Shown piece after piece: positions 63,067-64,000 of a stretch of 64,000 nucleotides of DNA. The notes under the pieces were generated by a model. The model saw nothing but the letters and a program-made list of their open reading frames with translations, was not told the origin of the DNA and did not search any database. The number at the start of each line of letters is the position of its first letter. Position 1 is the stretch's first letter. The stretch comes from Phoronis australis (lineage: Eukaryota > Animalia > Phoronida): NCBI GenBank assembly GCA_002633005.1, contig NMRA01000087.1, positions 377,393-441,392 of the forward strand, in the 5' to 3' direction. Both the position numbers and the translations under genes were made by a program.

Positions 63067-63234
63067 TTAGTTTTCAGTGTTTCCCGTATTTGCAAAGATC
63101 CAATCTGCATAAGCTGAGACACGTGTATTCACTGTTGGTACATCTTGGCATCCTCTCTTTGAGAAACTCACTATTCCAGCGAGCGACCATACTTTATTTT
63201 TACCTAGACATGATAGAGGTCCTCCGCTGTCACC
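63067..63234 (-). CDS. Trypsin-family (peptidase S1) serine protease, last coding exon; the rest of the gene lies beyond the window
   Basis: TTTCAG acceptor then GDSGGPLSC...[14 protein letters not shown]...[14 protein letters not shown]. This is the catalytic Ser motif and canonical S1 C-terminus, with the typical phase-0 intron just before GDSGGP. Confidence 0.9.
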   Translation of the reverse strand, partial: GDSGGPLSCLGKNKVWSLAGIVSFSKRGCQDVPTVNTRVSAYADWIFANTGNTEN

Positions 63235-64000
63235 CTGAAATGACGTTATAGTCACAGCTTATAAAAAGAGCAACGCAATCCCTAGACAATACCACTATCT
63301 GAATTGGGCCAGCGCCGCTGGCACAGAGGGTGGTCATTCCATAGGACCGCCATGGGCCTGAAGCTTTTCGGCAAATTGTGCCTCACAGTGACTAAACCAT
63401 CAAAGTCAAGTTGCTATAAATACCTTGTATAGAGAGACACATTATGAGGCCGTTGTGAAGTCATTAATTCATTCCAACTCGTAAACATACTTCAATAAAT
63501 TAAGATTTTATTCCAATACGTCTTTTATTCGTCAACCATGCTATTTTGTCCAGGTACTAGAAACAAGTTTCAAGCACTAGCGAACACTGGTGGAACACCA
63601 ATGTAGTGAGTTAGTGACAGGCTTACACGCAAGATCATGGAGGTCGACCTCCATGCGATTTAAAGATTTACATTGACTCTAAAGAAAAATGGCCCAGTTC
63701 CCTAGTTCGGTAACTGACGGAAGGACTATTTGGAAAGAAATTTTAATTTCTTTCTGGAATATTTGTTCGAGTTGGACTGGTTTAAAGACTCCAAATTTCC
63801 TCCAAATGATAGCTAAATACCTATAATAATCATTCAACTTTGATAGTTTAGTCAGGGTTAAGCACAATGTGTAGAACATATCCCGGCGTACCGGCTTCAT
63901 TAGGGTGTGCCATTGCTTACGCAAGCCCACGACTGCACTGCATCTAGTATGCTTCTAGGGATGTTCCTAAAAGGGTCAGTAGATGGTGCCGAATATGTCG

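Overview
AT-rich, intron-containing eukaryotic genomic DNA, probably from a bilaterian invertebrate (the species cannot be determined from sequence alone). It contains four complete spliced genes and one partial gene. (1-2) Two tandem, two-exon Shaw/Kv3-like potassium-channel genes on the minus strand (2604-4612, 13385-15379) have an intact TVGYGD filter, a strongly degenerate voltage sensor and a PVP->PIA S6 gate, which suggests a lineage-specific pair of regulatory ('silent') or voltage-insensitive subunits. (3) A four-exon MRNIP (C5orf45) gene lies on the plus strand (19835-23415). (4) An 18-exon RET receptor tyrosine kinase gene lies on the minus strand (26463-52569, ~1142 aa), with an extra cysteine and a long insert in its cysteine-rich domain. 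(5) The last exon of a trypsin-family serine protease is at 63067-63234. Non-coding DNA holds many MITE-like and palindromic elements, a decayed Penelope GIY-YIG fragment, tRNA-derived SINE-like heads, microsatellites, and several CTCF-like and CRE motifs. All exon structures and comparisons with known proteins were made by eye, from GT/AG sites, phase continuity and remembered family sequences; no database search was run.
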